Positions 50,413 through 63,886 of a stretch of 64,000 nt of DNA are shown here, in pieces. Origin of the DNA: Botryllus schlosseri (lineage: Eukaryota); NCBI GenBank assembly GCA_051294905.1, contig CM119378.1, positions 23,560,001 through 23,624,000 of the forward strand, in the 5' to 3' direction. Under the pieces are notes generated by a model. It was not told where the DNA came from and ran no database searches. It saw nothing but the letters and a program-made list of their open reading frames with translations. Numbering within the stretch: the stretch's first letter is position 1; every line of letters begins with the position of its first letter. Made by a program: the position numbers and the translations under genes.

Positions 50413-53341
50413 GCATATTCATGATATAGTGGCACGATCTGCTTTTCCAGTTTAAGCGAATAAAAGTAAGGGTGTGGATATCTTGCAATCTCGCTAGCCG
50501 TATGACTAGCGCAGGGACAGGGGTGAATGAGTGGATTTAACGCAGACATTAGTCAAAAGCACATTCATATTTACGGGAATTATTAATTTCAAGGAGTGAA
50601 ATAATTTATTCGAAATAGATTACGGTGTAGGAAGCCATATCACGTAAAGCACTATTGGTTCCCAAATGACAGTCTCAAGTATTGCAGTCATGAAAGTCAG
50701 ACGAGGATCTGGATGGAAAGCGCGCTATTGATTGAATTTTTTGAACCAATTCAGTGCATACATATAACATAACATATATCGAACTCCTTCTTAGCCCAAG
50801 TGCTCAGATTTGTCTGTAATGTGGATCATTATAAATGGTGTCTCGTGATCTTGTGAATGTGAATTGTATGTTATAACGGGGATGATTTCACCTGATCTGC
50901 GGCCCCATAACGTGAGCAACTTTAGGCTGCATAAGACGAACACAATTTAGCTGTATCCTATGAATCCAATGATGTTGCGGTACCGTTAGGTATCACAGAG
51001 ACTACTGCATGAAAGGCCAGGGATTAGATAATACCCTGTTAAACCATTGTGTTGCAATGCCACCTTTTCTACATCTGTCGCAACCCACGGAGTGTGGACG
51101 ACTCATATCTATGGTATACCCTCCATTAGTACAACTATAGGCAACCTGTCCTGCAAGATGCTTTCGTTTCAAAAATGAATCAGTGATATTTATACGGTAG
51201 ATAAGTGCAAACCAGAAGTTGCTTAAAATGACTCATGCTTAACACATATAGGCTTTTATGGGGCGTGAAAAAGCATTTGACTGACTTTTTGAAGTTGCAA
51301 ATGCATTAATATACAATGAAACAGGTTCTGCAAACTCTATGGAGTAATCAATAAACTAGTCTTGTTCCAGGATACGCTTCATGTCATGTACAAAGGGCCA
51401 TTTTTCACAATTCGCCATATACAACTTACACCTCACTCCGGCCCCACCAGTCTTATGTATTCACGCCTTTTACGGTGCTAATGCGACTACAGAGCTACCC
51501 TTCCCAAACGAACACTAACATCTTGATGAACAACCAATTAGCATGTCTGCCCGCCTTGTACCTCGTTTGAAATCAACTAATCAGCCCGTGTTGCGCATCA
51601 CACCGTCCAATTAATATATGTATTGATACGCTTATTCAAGAATTATAACCCAAGCCCAGGTTCTGTCGTTTCATCGTACTCAATTCGTGGAGTATATAGC
51701 TCGCATTAATGCATATTTCCGTGGCTGCACAATGCGCATTGATTCATAATTATATTGATCTACTACGTATTGTTTGGCATCGGTTCCGAACAGTGTTTGC
51801 GATTGGGATTATAACAGCATAAAATTCAATAAGGACATCAACTATACATAATTTCTCAACCGTAGCATCCAACTAAACGGCGATGAGAACGGTACATTTG
51901 TAACACAGCGTACGCCCTTTATCATGATTGAGTTGACGGGGATAGGAACTATCATTTCAAATTTGTCATTCCTAGGAAATGAGTCTGCGCGGTTCATTTT
52001 TGATAAGGATTCCTCAAAACAGTGCACACTGTCTGCCAGTGAAAGTGGTAATCGAATGCGAAACGTCGGGGGTTATTTTGTTCAGGTGGTAGCTTTCGGA
52101 AACGTTGACTCGGCGAAATCCTTTTCAAGAGCCCGAGACACACGACTATCGTGCGGCGCAGACAATATTTTTATTGGCCCCACTATGCTCCCGAATATTT
52201 AATATCTCACTTGAGTTAAAACAACATTCGTTCCGATAATTGGACGGAGCCGTGTCGGTCAGCAGTCCGTCAAAAAAGTAACGCCATACATTAATCTACG
52301 TCATTCGTGAACTAATTCGATTTTACGGGAATAATAAGGACCTCACGTCGCTTTATTTGGCTTCCACTGGATAGCGACATAATACCGTATTGGTTTTTAC
52401 TGCAATCTATCCTGTTAGTGCGGTTCCATCGTGTCTCCGTGAATGGTGTTAAGATTGGTGAGATATGATAATTTTCAGTCAAATGTATTTACCGATCAGT
52501 TTACTTACACATAAAACGGTCTGTGATTCGCGTTAGCCCAATGTAAAGACAGATTTTTGCAAGATTTGGTGTACGCACGACTAATTCAAAGTTATCGGTA
52601 TATAGTCCAGAACGATACACCTTCGTCGAATTCGACAAAATAACAGAAACCTTCCGTTCTTGATCGGGTAAATGTTAAAGTAGCAATAGTATATGTTGTG
52701 CTACATCTATATGTAACTCTGTTGTAACTTAACACCGCCCAACGAGATACAAGACATATCAATTGTCCGGTGAAAGTGTCTTCAGGAAATTGACTATTTT
52801 AAATTAACCAACGTCCAAGATTCCACTGTTCATGATGATAGATCAGTTTTCGTTGCATAGAGTCGATCTAGAAAGAGTCATATGTCCTGGAATTAAATTC
52901 TAATATGAATGTGCAATACTAAATTAATATCATACCAACATGTGACATGTATGTGTGACTTGTCGCATAAGGATATGTTCACGAATACGGGTCAAACGTT
53001 TATAGAAAGTTCAAAACCGACGACCTACATAGACCAATAGAAACTGCTTCTTGTCAACGCTATATAGTTCCCATGGCTTTGTTGCGGCACTCAAAGCCGA
53101 CAAATCGCAAAGCAAATACGATGCTATCTCTCGCAGCGGAGTCAGACAAAATGGCGTCACCGTGGCCAGGCCATGGACGACATTGAATTTGTGCGAGCTA
53201 CATATCAAATATCTCTCTGACTATAAACTGTATACTTGTATACTAAACAATCTTTTTTACTATAATTTCTCGGAATATCGAATACCACTGAATCCTGTTT
53301 CACGAAGTTAGCAATCATGTTATATTTCATACCATAACCAT

Positions 53342-53347
53342 TTTATT
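53342..53347 (-). terminator. Candidate polyadenylation signal for FoxA
   Basis: AATAAA on the minus strand about 470 nt downstream of the FoxA stop codon. Position is plausible but there is no transcript evidence. Confidence 0.35.
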
Positions 53348-53817
53348 AGGTAGATATGCGTTGAATGCAACAAAAATGCATTCATGTTGTATGATAACTG
53401 CGGGAAATAGGTAATCAAAAAATTATACTTACGCAGAGTTGAAAATAGAGGTGATTGTGTTTATACAAGCAATTAAAGATGCAAAATAATGAACAGTAAT
53501 GCGACAGATTGCGAAAAAAAAAACATAAGTAACACAAGCCACAACGCGGGTTAGAATGCAGTCATTGAATTGCACTCAAAGGAAATTAATTTTCGGATAA
53601 CACAGTTATGCGAGTCAGCAGCCAAATAATAGTAGGTATTACGAAAATGCGTCGAAATAGCGAACATGCGATCGCGAAGATTCGAAACGAATACAAATCG
53701 AGCGACATGCAACGCGGACTTGAATACGACTCAGCGGAGGCACAAACCTTGCATGTTGTATGTACGCCACGATGTTAGGGCGGTTAATACGCGTTTTACA
53801 TACAGTAGAACATCGCC

Positions 53818-55446
53818 TTAAGACATGGCAGTATTAGAAGTACCATGCTGAGGTACGCACCCTTGATAATAAGCTTCGTTGATCCCTTCTTCCATCGTAC
53901 CATGGGCGATGCTGGGCGGATGTTGCAGTCCGTTTGCGGAGTCAAGCGCGTATTGCATTTGATAATATTGCTGGTGAGGGTGGTTTTCGTTAGGAGAAGA
54001 CGATATCCTAGCGATATTATTTGACGAATGCGTCGCTGCTGAGTTAGATCCATGGCCCGAGTCTGGGGTTGAAGTCGGCCTTGCCACTTCAAGATTTGAC
54101 AGTGCTTGAGCACTAGCGGTGTGTCCCGGGTTACTATACTGCTGAGCGTATTGCACCATTTCGTGATAAGCACGCATGTCCTTATTGTGCGTTTCCACGT
54201 CACCAGCATTCATTAGGCCCCGGATCGAAAAAGGATGACTAAAAGAATGTGGGAAATGAGCGTACTGAGAATGGTGCCCAGGGTGCTGCCCGGGGGGTAA
54301 GTGACTCAAATAAAACGGATGAGGCGCGTAGGGCACCGTGGAGTCGCTCTTACTGTGAGACAAACTTTCGTGATGATGGGTCATTTCGTTTGCGACTGAA
54401 CTGTTCTGCATTGAGGCGTTGTGAGGCGCTTGTGGCGACTCTGGATGGTGGCGTGGGTCTACGATATGACCTTGGTGAGGGTGTTGCATCGGATGCATGC
54501 GTGACGACGCGTCTTCTATGGGTGGGTAGGAAGGTTGCGGATGCCTTTGATGGGGTTGATGTTCGATTCTATCCATGGGAGAGGCTTCTTCTATAGATTC
54601 GACTGAGGTACTTGCTTGCTGACCTTCCCGTGACGGCGCCTTATCTTGTTCACAGCTACCGGGTTGACTACTCGGCGTCCCAGGCCGCGAGCCATGGTTA
54701 CTAGGGGTGGCCGGAGGCGAACCATGGTCCATGTCCAAATGCGGAAGATTAGACATATCGTTGCCGCCCTTACTGCCGTTTTTTCCGGGACCCTTCTTGG
54801 GGCATTTGAAACGTTTTTGTCGCCTCAAATAACAACCGTTTTCGAACATGTTATGCGCGTCTTCGTGCAGGGACCAGTATGATCCCTTTCCAGGTTTGTC
54901 CGGAGATCTTGCTACCTTAACAAAGCAGTCGTTGAATGACAAGCTGTGACGGATTGAATTCTGCCATCGCTGCTGATTCTGTCTGTAGAACGGGAATAAG
55001 TCCATAATCCACTGGTATATTTCACTCAGAGTCATCATTTTCGATTTGGAGGACTGTAGAGCCATGGTAATGAGTGAGATATAGCTGTAAGGCGGTTTGG
55101 CGTGGGTGTAATTTCTTCTGTAACCTTTATCCGGGCGGCGATTGAAACTCACTGGTACCATTGAGGGAAATCCGACAGCTGCGTTCATGCCAGGGTGGTA
55201 TGCGGCACCCATCCCTGCCACCGCCATTTGCGTAGCGTGAGGAGAAGCGTGTACCCCTGCCGCTGAGTTCATGCCGTTCAAAGCCCCACCGGCGAACGCT
55301 TGGTTCATCGGTGTCGGGTTTCCGGTAAGAGATATCGGATTGATCGAATTCCCGTACGAGGATTGCATCGGGTTCACCATATTCTGCATGCTGACTCCGT
55401 ATGGTTGCTGGAAGGGTTGATACTTCGGTGGTGACGAAAGCATCAT
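53818..55446 (-). CDS. FoxA: Forkhead box A (HNF3) transcription factor, single coding exon, 542 aa
   Basis: Long ORF with a FoxA-type forkhead domain ([23 protein letters not shown]...[18 protein letters not shown]...KPGKGSYW...[17 protein letters not shown]; about 55098-54805). It also has the C-terminal eh1-like region II motif HPFSIRGLM (54211-54237) and the region III motif YYQG (53860-53871). The ORF track starts at a GTG (55479); the first ATG is at 55446. Confidence 0.97.
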   Translation of the reverse strand: MMLSSPPKYQPFQQPYGVSMQNMVNPMQSSYGNSINPISLTGNPTPMNQAFAGGALNGMNSAAGVHASPHATQMAVAGMGAAYHPGMNAAVGFPSMVPVSFNRRPDKGYRRNYTHAKPPYSYISLITMALQSSKSKMMTLSEIYQWIMDLFPFYRQNQQRWQNSIRHSLSFNDCFVKVARSPDKPGKGSYWSLHEDAHNMFENGCYLRRQKRFKCPKKGPGKNGSKGGNDMSNLPHLDMDHGSPPATPSNHGSRPGTPSSQPGSCEQDKAPSREGQQASTSVESIEEASPMDRIEHQPHQRHPQPSYPPIEDASSRMHPMQHPHQGHIVDPRHHPESPQAPHNASMQNSSVANEMTHHHESLSHSKSDSTVPYAPHPFYLSHLPPGQHPGHHSQYAHFPHSFSHPFSIRGLMNAGDVETHNKDMRAYHEMVQYAQQYSNPGHTASAQALSNLEVARPTSTPDSGHGSNSAATHSSNNIARISSSPNENHPHQQYYQMQYALDSANGLQHPPSIAHGTMEEGINEAYYQGCVPQHGTSNTAMS

Positions 55447-55562
55447 AATGTTGTTAGCAGATGGAGCCGGGTACGCCACTTTCTCTGCGTTGTCTTGGCG
55501 ACAATAGCGGTGGTTTAGTCGTTTCTAAACTTTAACTGGTACAAGTAGAAGATATTGACGCT

Positions 55563-55575
55563 CTGGAAAAAAATG
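55563..55575 (-). promoter_or_regulatory. Splice acceptor (cis intron or SL trans-splice site) upstream of the FoxA ATG
   Basis: Minus strand reads CCGCCATTTTTTTCCAG|AGCGTC, a strong polypyrimidine tract plus AG about 116 nt before the ATG, with an in-frame stop between the acceptor and the ATG. Confidence 0.45.
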
Positions 55576-58500
55576 GCGGATAGGTAAATCTCGATTCTAA
55601 ATATTTCACGAAAATACAGTCCCTGTACAGTCTCAGTCAACATAGAAATTGTGTCTAATGCGAATTCGTAATCCAAGCGCAATCTGATCTGACACGTATA
55701 CCCGCGATATTCACCAAATATACCCCTGCGGAAAGCGATGTTTCAACAGTACAATCTGAAACACAACACCCAGTCTATTCTGGATTACAAGTGCTTCTCT
55801 TCTTTTCGCGAACGCACGAAACGCGAACAACTCTCACGAAAATATGCGTTCTCATGTCGGCTATACGCACAAGTTCCTGACAGTTTCGTCCGCGGTAAAT
55901 TGCGGCGAAAATATTGCAATTCTCAGCAAAATGCTGATCACTTTATACCTCTTTGGATACGCAACGCACTAAATCTTACGAATATAAAATTCTTGGAGAA
56001 CCTGCAGCGAAGACTTGCTATACTTGAATTGTACCAAGTACCTGTTTCCACTCTGGATAACTCAATTGATGTGGTCGGGAGAATGACTCCGCGCACAATA
56101 AAAGCCACGGCGCGCATTTTTTCTTTCGCTCTATCGCGTTTGGTTTGTTTAATCTAGCCGTGGCTTCTCCGCGACCCTCTGATTCGGTGCACTTGAAAGG
56201 GGTTGATGGTAGCGCCGCGTTGCGGCTCGCGCATCGCTTTCACTGATTGTCGCAGATAACGGATAGCCGATATCGGCAGACAGGGGGAGATCAAAAGAGT
56301 TGGCCGAACCATATTTTCGTCGATTGTTACAAAATTAGTCTGCCGGTGTTTAAATACTTGACATTATCGACAGATTAACGTTTATAGAATTTACTACAAA
56401 GCCATTAGTCGTATGGCGAAAATTACCGAGTCCAATCAGTAGATATGGGTGCAAGACAATTAGGAAATTCATTTTATATCATTAATGCATGTGGTAAGCT
56501 TGATGACTTCGAAGTCTTCCAGATCAACGTCTTGACAATACTTTTTAGCTTTACATAATTCAAAGTAACGGCCCGAACCACAATTTGATAAGGCAAATGA
56601 TCACACAAATTCACTCAACATGTTGGTAACGCATTATTTCGCGTAAATTAAACCACAGACTACACGCCAAACACCGTATCGAGCCGCATACTGGAATGTT
56701 TTATACAAATATGTACATATCCGAATAATTAGTTGTTTCCACGCAATCGGGTAAGCCAAGTGTAAGTTTGTCGAACGCCGTCTTGATGTTTTGAGCATAT
56801 TTGCCCCGAATTTTCATTACCAACACATTAAACGATGTCAAGTATTTACTCGCAGAGCCACATCATATTTACGTACGACTTGGGAAACAGCCCTCAGCCA
56901 ACTAGTATTTATGTTCCATGCCAAAGCAAATTTGTAGTGCCGGCACGTGCTGAAGCAAACGTAATTTATACACACGATCGATAGAGAATGATTTGCAGCA
57001 GACGTATATGTTAACGGTTAGAGATACCGTTGTTAGCTTGCAAGTCAAAGTGTTGGAATTCCGATGGGTGCTGAGATCTATTTTAAGCATAGCGATCCGT
57101 GACTGAAACACCTCATATAATGGAAGAAACGTGTAGCCTCTGTCAAAGTATTACGCGACGTATTCGTCAGATATTTTCGCCACGAAAATACAATATTCAG
57201 TCTCACCGAAAGAGCTACACGAAGTCATTCTATCAGTGCGCCGAATCGCTGAGTCTTATCGTCGTTCTTGGGCGCTATCGTGCGGTCATTTGTCGGTAAT
57301 TATGCTTACCTCGGAAATTATTCACTCAGCGTTTCCTTTCCGATTCAGAGACGGATTTGCAGAACTCGTCACCCACTGCTATGATATTATGTCGGCAAAC
57401 AAACCGTATCTGTCACGAAATGAATGTAACAAAACCTGTACGGCGACACTTCCGCGAGTTGCTACAACGTGTTACAAGCTTGCGTCGATTTACCGACGAC
57501 TAATGAGTCGGCCGTGTCGTTGCAGACATAATAGGATACATATTTGATCTTATATGCGTTAGGAATCACCTAATCTGTAATCTAAATATAGTACGTAGCG
57601 CCTAGCACATCTGTTCGTCTTGATTATTCAAATGTTTGTATGTAGGTACGTCATATTTAGGGAAAGAATTACTGATGTTTAAAATCTCTAATAGATAAAA
57701 ACAAAAAAAACCTGACGATTGTCAACCGAAAATATTTGGTTTAATTTTAATATAAATAAATCATTCAATCGTACATTGAAGTTATGTTCCTACAAGAGTT
57801 TCTTTAATAACTTAATTACGAAAAGGAGTAGATTTTAATATAACACTAGATCTATCCTGTGAAATATTAAGGCCAACAAGACTGCAGGTTTTGCACGTTG
57901 ATTAAAAGCTGTCCAACCGTAGACCGTATGGTAAAATGAATTTGAAAACCAAATCAATGGTCAATAAACTCCAAACGTCACGGTCGCGGCACAGCCGTGA
58001 TGACGTAAATATGTACGAAGTGCGCGTTGTGAGGTTCGGTTTGAGAGATGCGTATGAGATGTATCAATTTCTTGCATACACAATATTGAAATTTGGCATT
58101 CTATAATACACCAATGCTAAGAATTTGGCTATATAGCGCACATTAAAACTATGAAACTTTAAAACGAGTACTCTATTAGCTCACGCAGTAATCTTATCGC
58201 CCCCGTACTTCCTCACCCGATTTCCCGTATTTTATGGGAAGAAAATTTCCTTGATACACGTAACATTAATCCTGCGCATCGCGTCATTTATTAGGACCGT
58301 AACATAAATGGTGACGCACGGGATGCTGTGAGTTAGTTACAGACTATGTAACGATATGCCGTGAAGGATGACCGCCAAAAGCGCGGAGATTTTTGTGGAA
58401 TCATCCTTGTTTTTCTCCCAAACCACATCAACATCTGTCCGCGGCGTTTGATGGATAGTTGACTGGATCGGGGCGAGGTGGGATATGACGTGCCCCCCGG

Positions 58501-61500
58501 ACCCCGACTCGCCCCAGTTTTACGGTCGCGTGGTGTTTTTGTAGAATGGAATAAGTCAGGTGTTTAGTCAGAAAATCCTGTAACATGATATCGTTAATAT
58601 AACTGAACGTATGCATCGATAAGAAAATTCTACATATTTGGAAGCCAGAACAATGATATTCATGGGCAAAATCGAATGCCTGAGTGATCCGTATGTATGC
58701 AGTATGCAGTATGGAAGACGCAGGAAGTTCCACATGTTCATTTTAAGCTACCATAGACAATATAATGTCAGTTTGTGTGTGATTTGGTACGTTGCCGACC
58801 ATGACTATTTCATTGCACTTTGTGACAATGCTGTGTGTTGATCAAGTGCAGGTATGTCATTTCCACTAACTTGCGTGATGCATGATTGTGTTCTGCAATA
58901 CCACCAATCAAGGTTTCAAGACTTCCATAGAGGCAAATGCTATCGAAACTATAATTTCCGCTGGCAAATTAACTCTTAGTGGTACAGAGCGCATAACTTC
59001 AGCAAACGAAAGAATCGTCTGTCACTATACACATCTTGAACTATTAGAAATATCAGTTGATTCAGTACTAATATTATGGTACCCAGTCCTAACTATGATC
59101 GCTTCCTATGTATATTCTTACACGACTTTTCATATGACCCTAGTTGCTAAACACCATAATCTCCATTTATATACAAATGATATTGGTTTGGAATTAGACT
59201 TTTACAAGTAGGGTATACCATAAAGACGCGTAATCATCACCAATGTGATCACCATGCTGCAATTTTCATCTCATATGCATATAAACTGATACAAGAAAGT
59301 CACGATGTATAGCTGTTACTATGTTTTCTTCAGACTTGTTGTAGTACATTGAAAAACTGGTTCGCAATTCACAGGTAATAATTTTGCGTCACAATCGATT
59401 CGTCGGCATGTCTTCTGTTCTGAAGTGTCCGCGGTTTGTTACGTACACAAACGTGTTAATTCAATCTGCCATGTCAAGCCACGATATTCCCAATAACACG
59501 ATGATTTTTCCTGAATCATGGCGGTGCGGCGGTGCTAAGGAGCTTACCTAATTTCGCCATAGAATATTTTGAGACCGAAAGGATTAAAGGTCTGTTGGTA
59601 AATCCCCGATATCTGTGACAGAGACTTGTAGCGTTATGACTGTTTACGTCGGGATTTCAAATTATCATATTGTAATACCCTCCAGATCTAACTCAGGTGT
59701 TCAGTGTTCATATATTCAATGGGAATGATCCGATGGCTGTCACAACAGATTTTACCTCTCGGTAAATCGGCTATGTAATAATTCTATTTTCTACTATAAT
59801 ATGGGTGCTGCAGCAGTGTCATTGAGCAATGATGATATTTTCTCCGGGAATAAACCATTCACCGTTGGGATTATTGGTCATTGTTGAGACTTATTACTAC
59901 GTCATTCACGTCAATTAAAAAGTAAAAGTAACGGTGGAACACATTCCCATACATTGCCATGGACCGTGGTCATTTTATGTTAATTGGGATCATTTGCATG
60001 TTTTTGCCATCATTGCCATTACTATTTGAGATTGTGTTTGACACAAGTCATCTGTAAAGTGTTTGAAGTGGTCCGTAGTGTTATCTATACTCTACGAATG
60101 CGTGCAATAACCGAAGGTATTCGTGAACAAACGGGGTCAATACTCAATAGATCTCAAGGCGCTTACAAGATATTACATTAATATCATCTACGCCCATGGG
60201 GAGAAGCATGGCCGGTACTTCTCCTGTGAAGTACTCGACCACTATCAATGTCAATTACCAATAGTCTTCTCTATTGCCTCTGAATAATACATTCGCTTTG
60301 AAACGGTATATTCACAAAGCACATTAACCAACGTAATGAGAATTAGAACCGAACAACGACATCTCAACGCACGTCATATGTGGCCATTTTTAAGCAGTCC
60401 TGTGCGGGAATTTAGCATATTGCTTTACTTCGCGCACTTACACATAATTGAAATCACGCTTTGAAATTGAGTTTATTCACATACTTTCACATAGTGGCTA
60501 AGTCCCTCCGACATCGTAGTTGAGCATCGTTTAATTGGTCGAGAAAGGAGGTGCGGATTTTCTGCGCGTCCCGCAAGTTAGTTACATCCACTCGGGGCGT
60601 CGACAAATCGGTCCCAGGGTTCTTAATTCTTAAGTACGTTGGTTTTAATTAAAGTCAAGAGTAACATTGTCTGATGACACCTAGCCGCGAAAATGGCAGC
60701 TGCGGGAAATCAAGACGAGGTATCAAACGAATCACTTGGCTAAGCCTTGTGCTCTGTGCAAATAGCGGTTACAAGAATTAAGACGGACTTGTCGAGATGG
60801 ACGCCTAGCTCCCAATTGAAATCGTGCGGAATCAAACGTTCGCGAATTGAACCCGATAGCGACGGATCTCTAAATTAATCTTGTTTAATTAAGGCGTCTC
60901 GTGTTTGCTTTCGTCCTCTTCGACCTCGTTGCCGACTGGAAATTGGGTTTCTCTCTACAGAAAAACGCGACGTCTACGCAGTCATTAACAGGCACTCAAT
61001 TCGATACAACTGACCCGAGTATAAAATATACAGTGTACTCATTGGGTAATTGTATTATGGTGTTGTCGGGGGGAAGTTTGAAACGACCGTTTACGTGAAT
61101 CTTTCATTCAAAGATCCGCATATCGATTTTTGCCGGCTTGTAATATCTAAAGTGCGGGAATACCCGAGACGTGAGAAAGATCTTAGTATGCGGAATATTC
61201 CCTATAATCGAAGTAGAAAATTCCCGCTCAATCGTCAGTTATTCGACTATAACGTATTGGTACGTAATGACGTAACCCAACTATTCGGTAACATAACATT
61301 GCACTATGATTAGAGTAGTTCTGTGGCTAAAATTCATACAGTCATAACGGTGTCATGGATTATTTGCTCATGATGTGAGTGATCGTTGATTGACATATAT
61401 AATCGCAGACGATGTTTCAGATTTTAACTCGATCGTCAATAGCTGCTAACCGGTTCAACGCAATGTCGGCGTATATGTAACGCCAAAGTGCGGGGCGGAT

Positions 61501-61809
61501 CGATAAATTTTCAGGTCCGACTCCTGCGCCGGACTATTGAAATGACAGTGACCTGATCGTAAAAAACTCCGAAAATAATCATCTACGAGTATCCATGCTT
61601 CTAGTAAAATGCAAGAACAGTAAATCACACGGTACGAGATGCAAAGTGTATTGCAACAAAACAAGCATGACATTAAAACTCACAGCTTTGTTTTGAATAT
61701 TAAAATCAACACACTACACAGGTGCGGTTGGTAGTTACTAGGTACAACCGTCATGCTCATTAATAACATTTCAGAGCCTATTATAAAAGGTACTGATCCT
61801 ATACTCTGA

Positions 61810-61920
61810 TACGAATCCGGCCGCATCAGAAAAAGTCTGATCCGATTCGAACGGGCTCCGGGCAAAAATGAAAAAATCCGGTCGGATATTCAATCCGACT
61901 TCGGTTCATGCACCGCTCTG
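61810..61920. mobile_element. Right end of a CCGGAT-rich hAT-like MITE
   Basis: ATCCGG/TCCGAT repeats ending CATGCACCGCTCTG (TIR-like CAGAGCGGTGCATG); related to 25720-25835. Confidence 0.55.
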
Positions 61921-62600
61921 CAAAGCACCGCATTTCTATGGGTTGCTCCGTTACTCAGCTGTCTACAAACGACAATGTATTGAATTCGGAGTCATATAAT
62001 GATTGAACACCGAGGCACCCCTTACTCAATATTATTGAGATATTTATCAGGTTGAGGTAGCGCACGATCACCGTGATGTGCGCACCGTGTACCGCGTGTA
62101 GCAGACACACTTGTATGGTGCCGTTGATCGGATATGCAGACAGACATTTTCATACTGTTGCTACACAGAGGGATACTTATATGCTTCTCAAAATTGATTG
62201 CTATACGTTTTACACACCGGCAAGGATACTTCTACCTCAGTTCGATCGATTTTTGAGCCACGTGCAAATACAAGCAATCATTTATTTTAATATATATGAC
62301 AGTGTAGCATCTGCGTAGCGCACTATAATACGCGAATTAACAAGTCGTACAATCTGCTTAGAAAAATCCAAATCCAAATGTGTGTAATGTAGTATTTTTA
62401 TGTCACGATTCTCACAAATGCATGAATCCATAATTACAAGATATAGTGAAAATTCACGTGTAATTTTTGTCCTGCACTGTTGATATTACCCTAAGTATTA
62501 TCACTAGCATTGAGTAACATCTGAAACAATATGACCGTATGTCTCGCGCGTAACATGTTATCACGAATGTTCTAGATAAGTTGCATATAGCTATTCGCTT

Positions 62601-62754
62601 TACAATTGAATAGTATATTCATATTGAAATGAACCCGAATATTTTCGGCTGACACTCGTCAGGGGTAATCGTCAGCAACTAGTAGATTACCCCTGACAAG
62701 TTTCAGCCGACAATATTCTGGTTCATTTCAATATGAATATACTACTTAATTGTA
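62601..62754. mobile_element. Palindromic MITE with TA ends (Tc1/mariner-like target)
   Basis: Arms of about 68 bp (CAATTGAATAGTATATTCATATTGAAATGAACC...GGGGTAATC / GATTACCCC...ATATGAATATACTACTTAATTG), 14-nt spacer, TA on both sides. Confidence 0.85.
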
Positions 62755-63468
62755 TGCTGAAGTTCTGTACCTCTATGAAGCTCTTCAAACATAAGAATTC
62801 GTATGGATATATTATTTGTGGCCAAGTCGTTGGTTCGTACTCGATGTGTTTCATAGTTACGGGAATTTCGAAGCAACCCGTTACAATAGAGACACTCGTA
62901 ATGTGATGTGCGACCGTGCAAGTTCAAACGTAGCCGGATGTCTTGTAATGGACTTGCGCATTAGATTCAAAGCGAAATATAAAGCGATCGTCTATTTAGA
63001 CGGAATGGAAATAGCGATTTGCTTGATGATATTCTTCTTGCATTACGTATTCTGAATCTCCGCTGGTGGGCTTTTTAGTGTTGACTTTGGTTTCGATTCT
63101 GAATATCAAATTGACCTAACATATTGAAAGCACGATCACAATGCGAACGATATTTTACGTTTCAATTAAGCTTCAGACGCAATATGTTCCTTGGTGGAGC
63201 GTGAGGTACGTTGGAAATACATTACCCGAAATCGTACAGCGCTTTTTATCGGATTATGCAACCGCCATTGATTTGAAAATTTCGGCAGTCCCGGCTCTTG
63301 AAAACTTCAATAGCTAATCGTATCCATGTCTAATTGTGTATGCGACATTTCTGCGACGAAACTTGCACCATGTAATGATGATACTATACTGCCATCGTAA
63401 TCAAGATACAAAGCTATACGTAGTTTGTCAAAGCGAGTATTCTACTGACAGAAAAATATGCTCTATAG

Positions 63469-63560
63469 CAGTGGTTCTCAACCTTTTTCACCTCGCGGAC
63501 CGGTAAAATTTCAAAAAAGGTCTGGCGGACCGGTGAACTTTCAAAATTGAAATGAAGCCA
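63469..63560. mobile_element. Left end of a hAT element (right end not in window)
   Basis: CAGTGGTTCTCAACCTTTTT...GCGGACCGG x2, preceded by CTCTATAG, a Buster-type nnnTAnnn target. Confidence 0.75.
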
Positions 63561-63816
63561 AAATGTGAAATATGCAACCGTTTTCTGCAATTATATGGTG
63601 CTAGTAAGTGACATTTAGAAGGTTTTGATCGTCATTAATTATCTTTATGATCGCATCCATGTGATTTTATGGTAGTGAGTCTTCTGAGTCGAGGTAAAAT
63701 TGCCTTGTCCAGATAAACGTGCTACCGCCGAGAGTCTTTCGCGCCGAAAACCGTGGGTTAACCGATCACGCCAACTCAAATAATATATTTATCTCTTTGA
63801 TAATATCGAGAGAAGA

Positions 63817-63886
63817 AGCGTTTCGGAGTCGAACCAAGCACCCTGTCGTGCTACGGCTTGCTCAATGCCCACTGACTCCATACGCT
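63817..63886 (-). mobile_element. tRNA-like head (SINE or tRNA pseudogene)
   Basis: A-box-like TGGAGTCAGTGG, B box GGTTCGACTCC, ends AGCGT/ACGCT able to pair; no proper anticodon arm. Confidence 0.45.

Noticed and set aside
1-53300. Remaining 60-160 aa ORFs in the track
   Set aside because: No recognisable domains; many use TTG/GTG starts; their number is compatible with chance in non-coding DNA.
53796-54882. ORFs 53796-54209 (-), 54249-54596 (+) and 54646-54882 (+)
   Set aside because: Alternative-frame or antisense shadows of the FoxA CDS with no independent features.
55447-55479. ORF-track N-terminal extension [11 protein letters not shown] of FoxA
   Set aside because: It starts at GTG, a prokaryotic-style call; the ATG at 55446 gives the expected MMLSSPP start.
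58471-58515. GC-rich hairpin GGGGCGAG...CTCGCCCC as a Helitron 3' end
   Set aside because: No CTRR terminus at the expected distance and no other copy seen.
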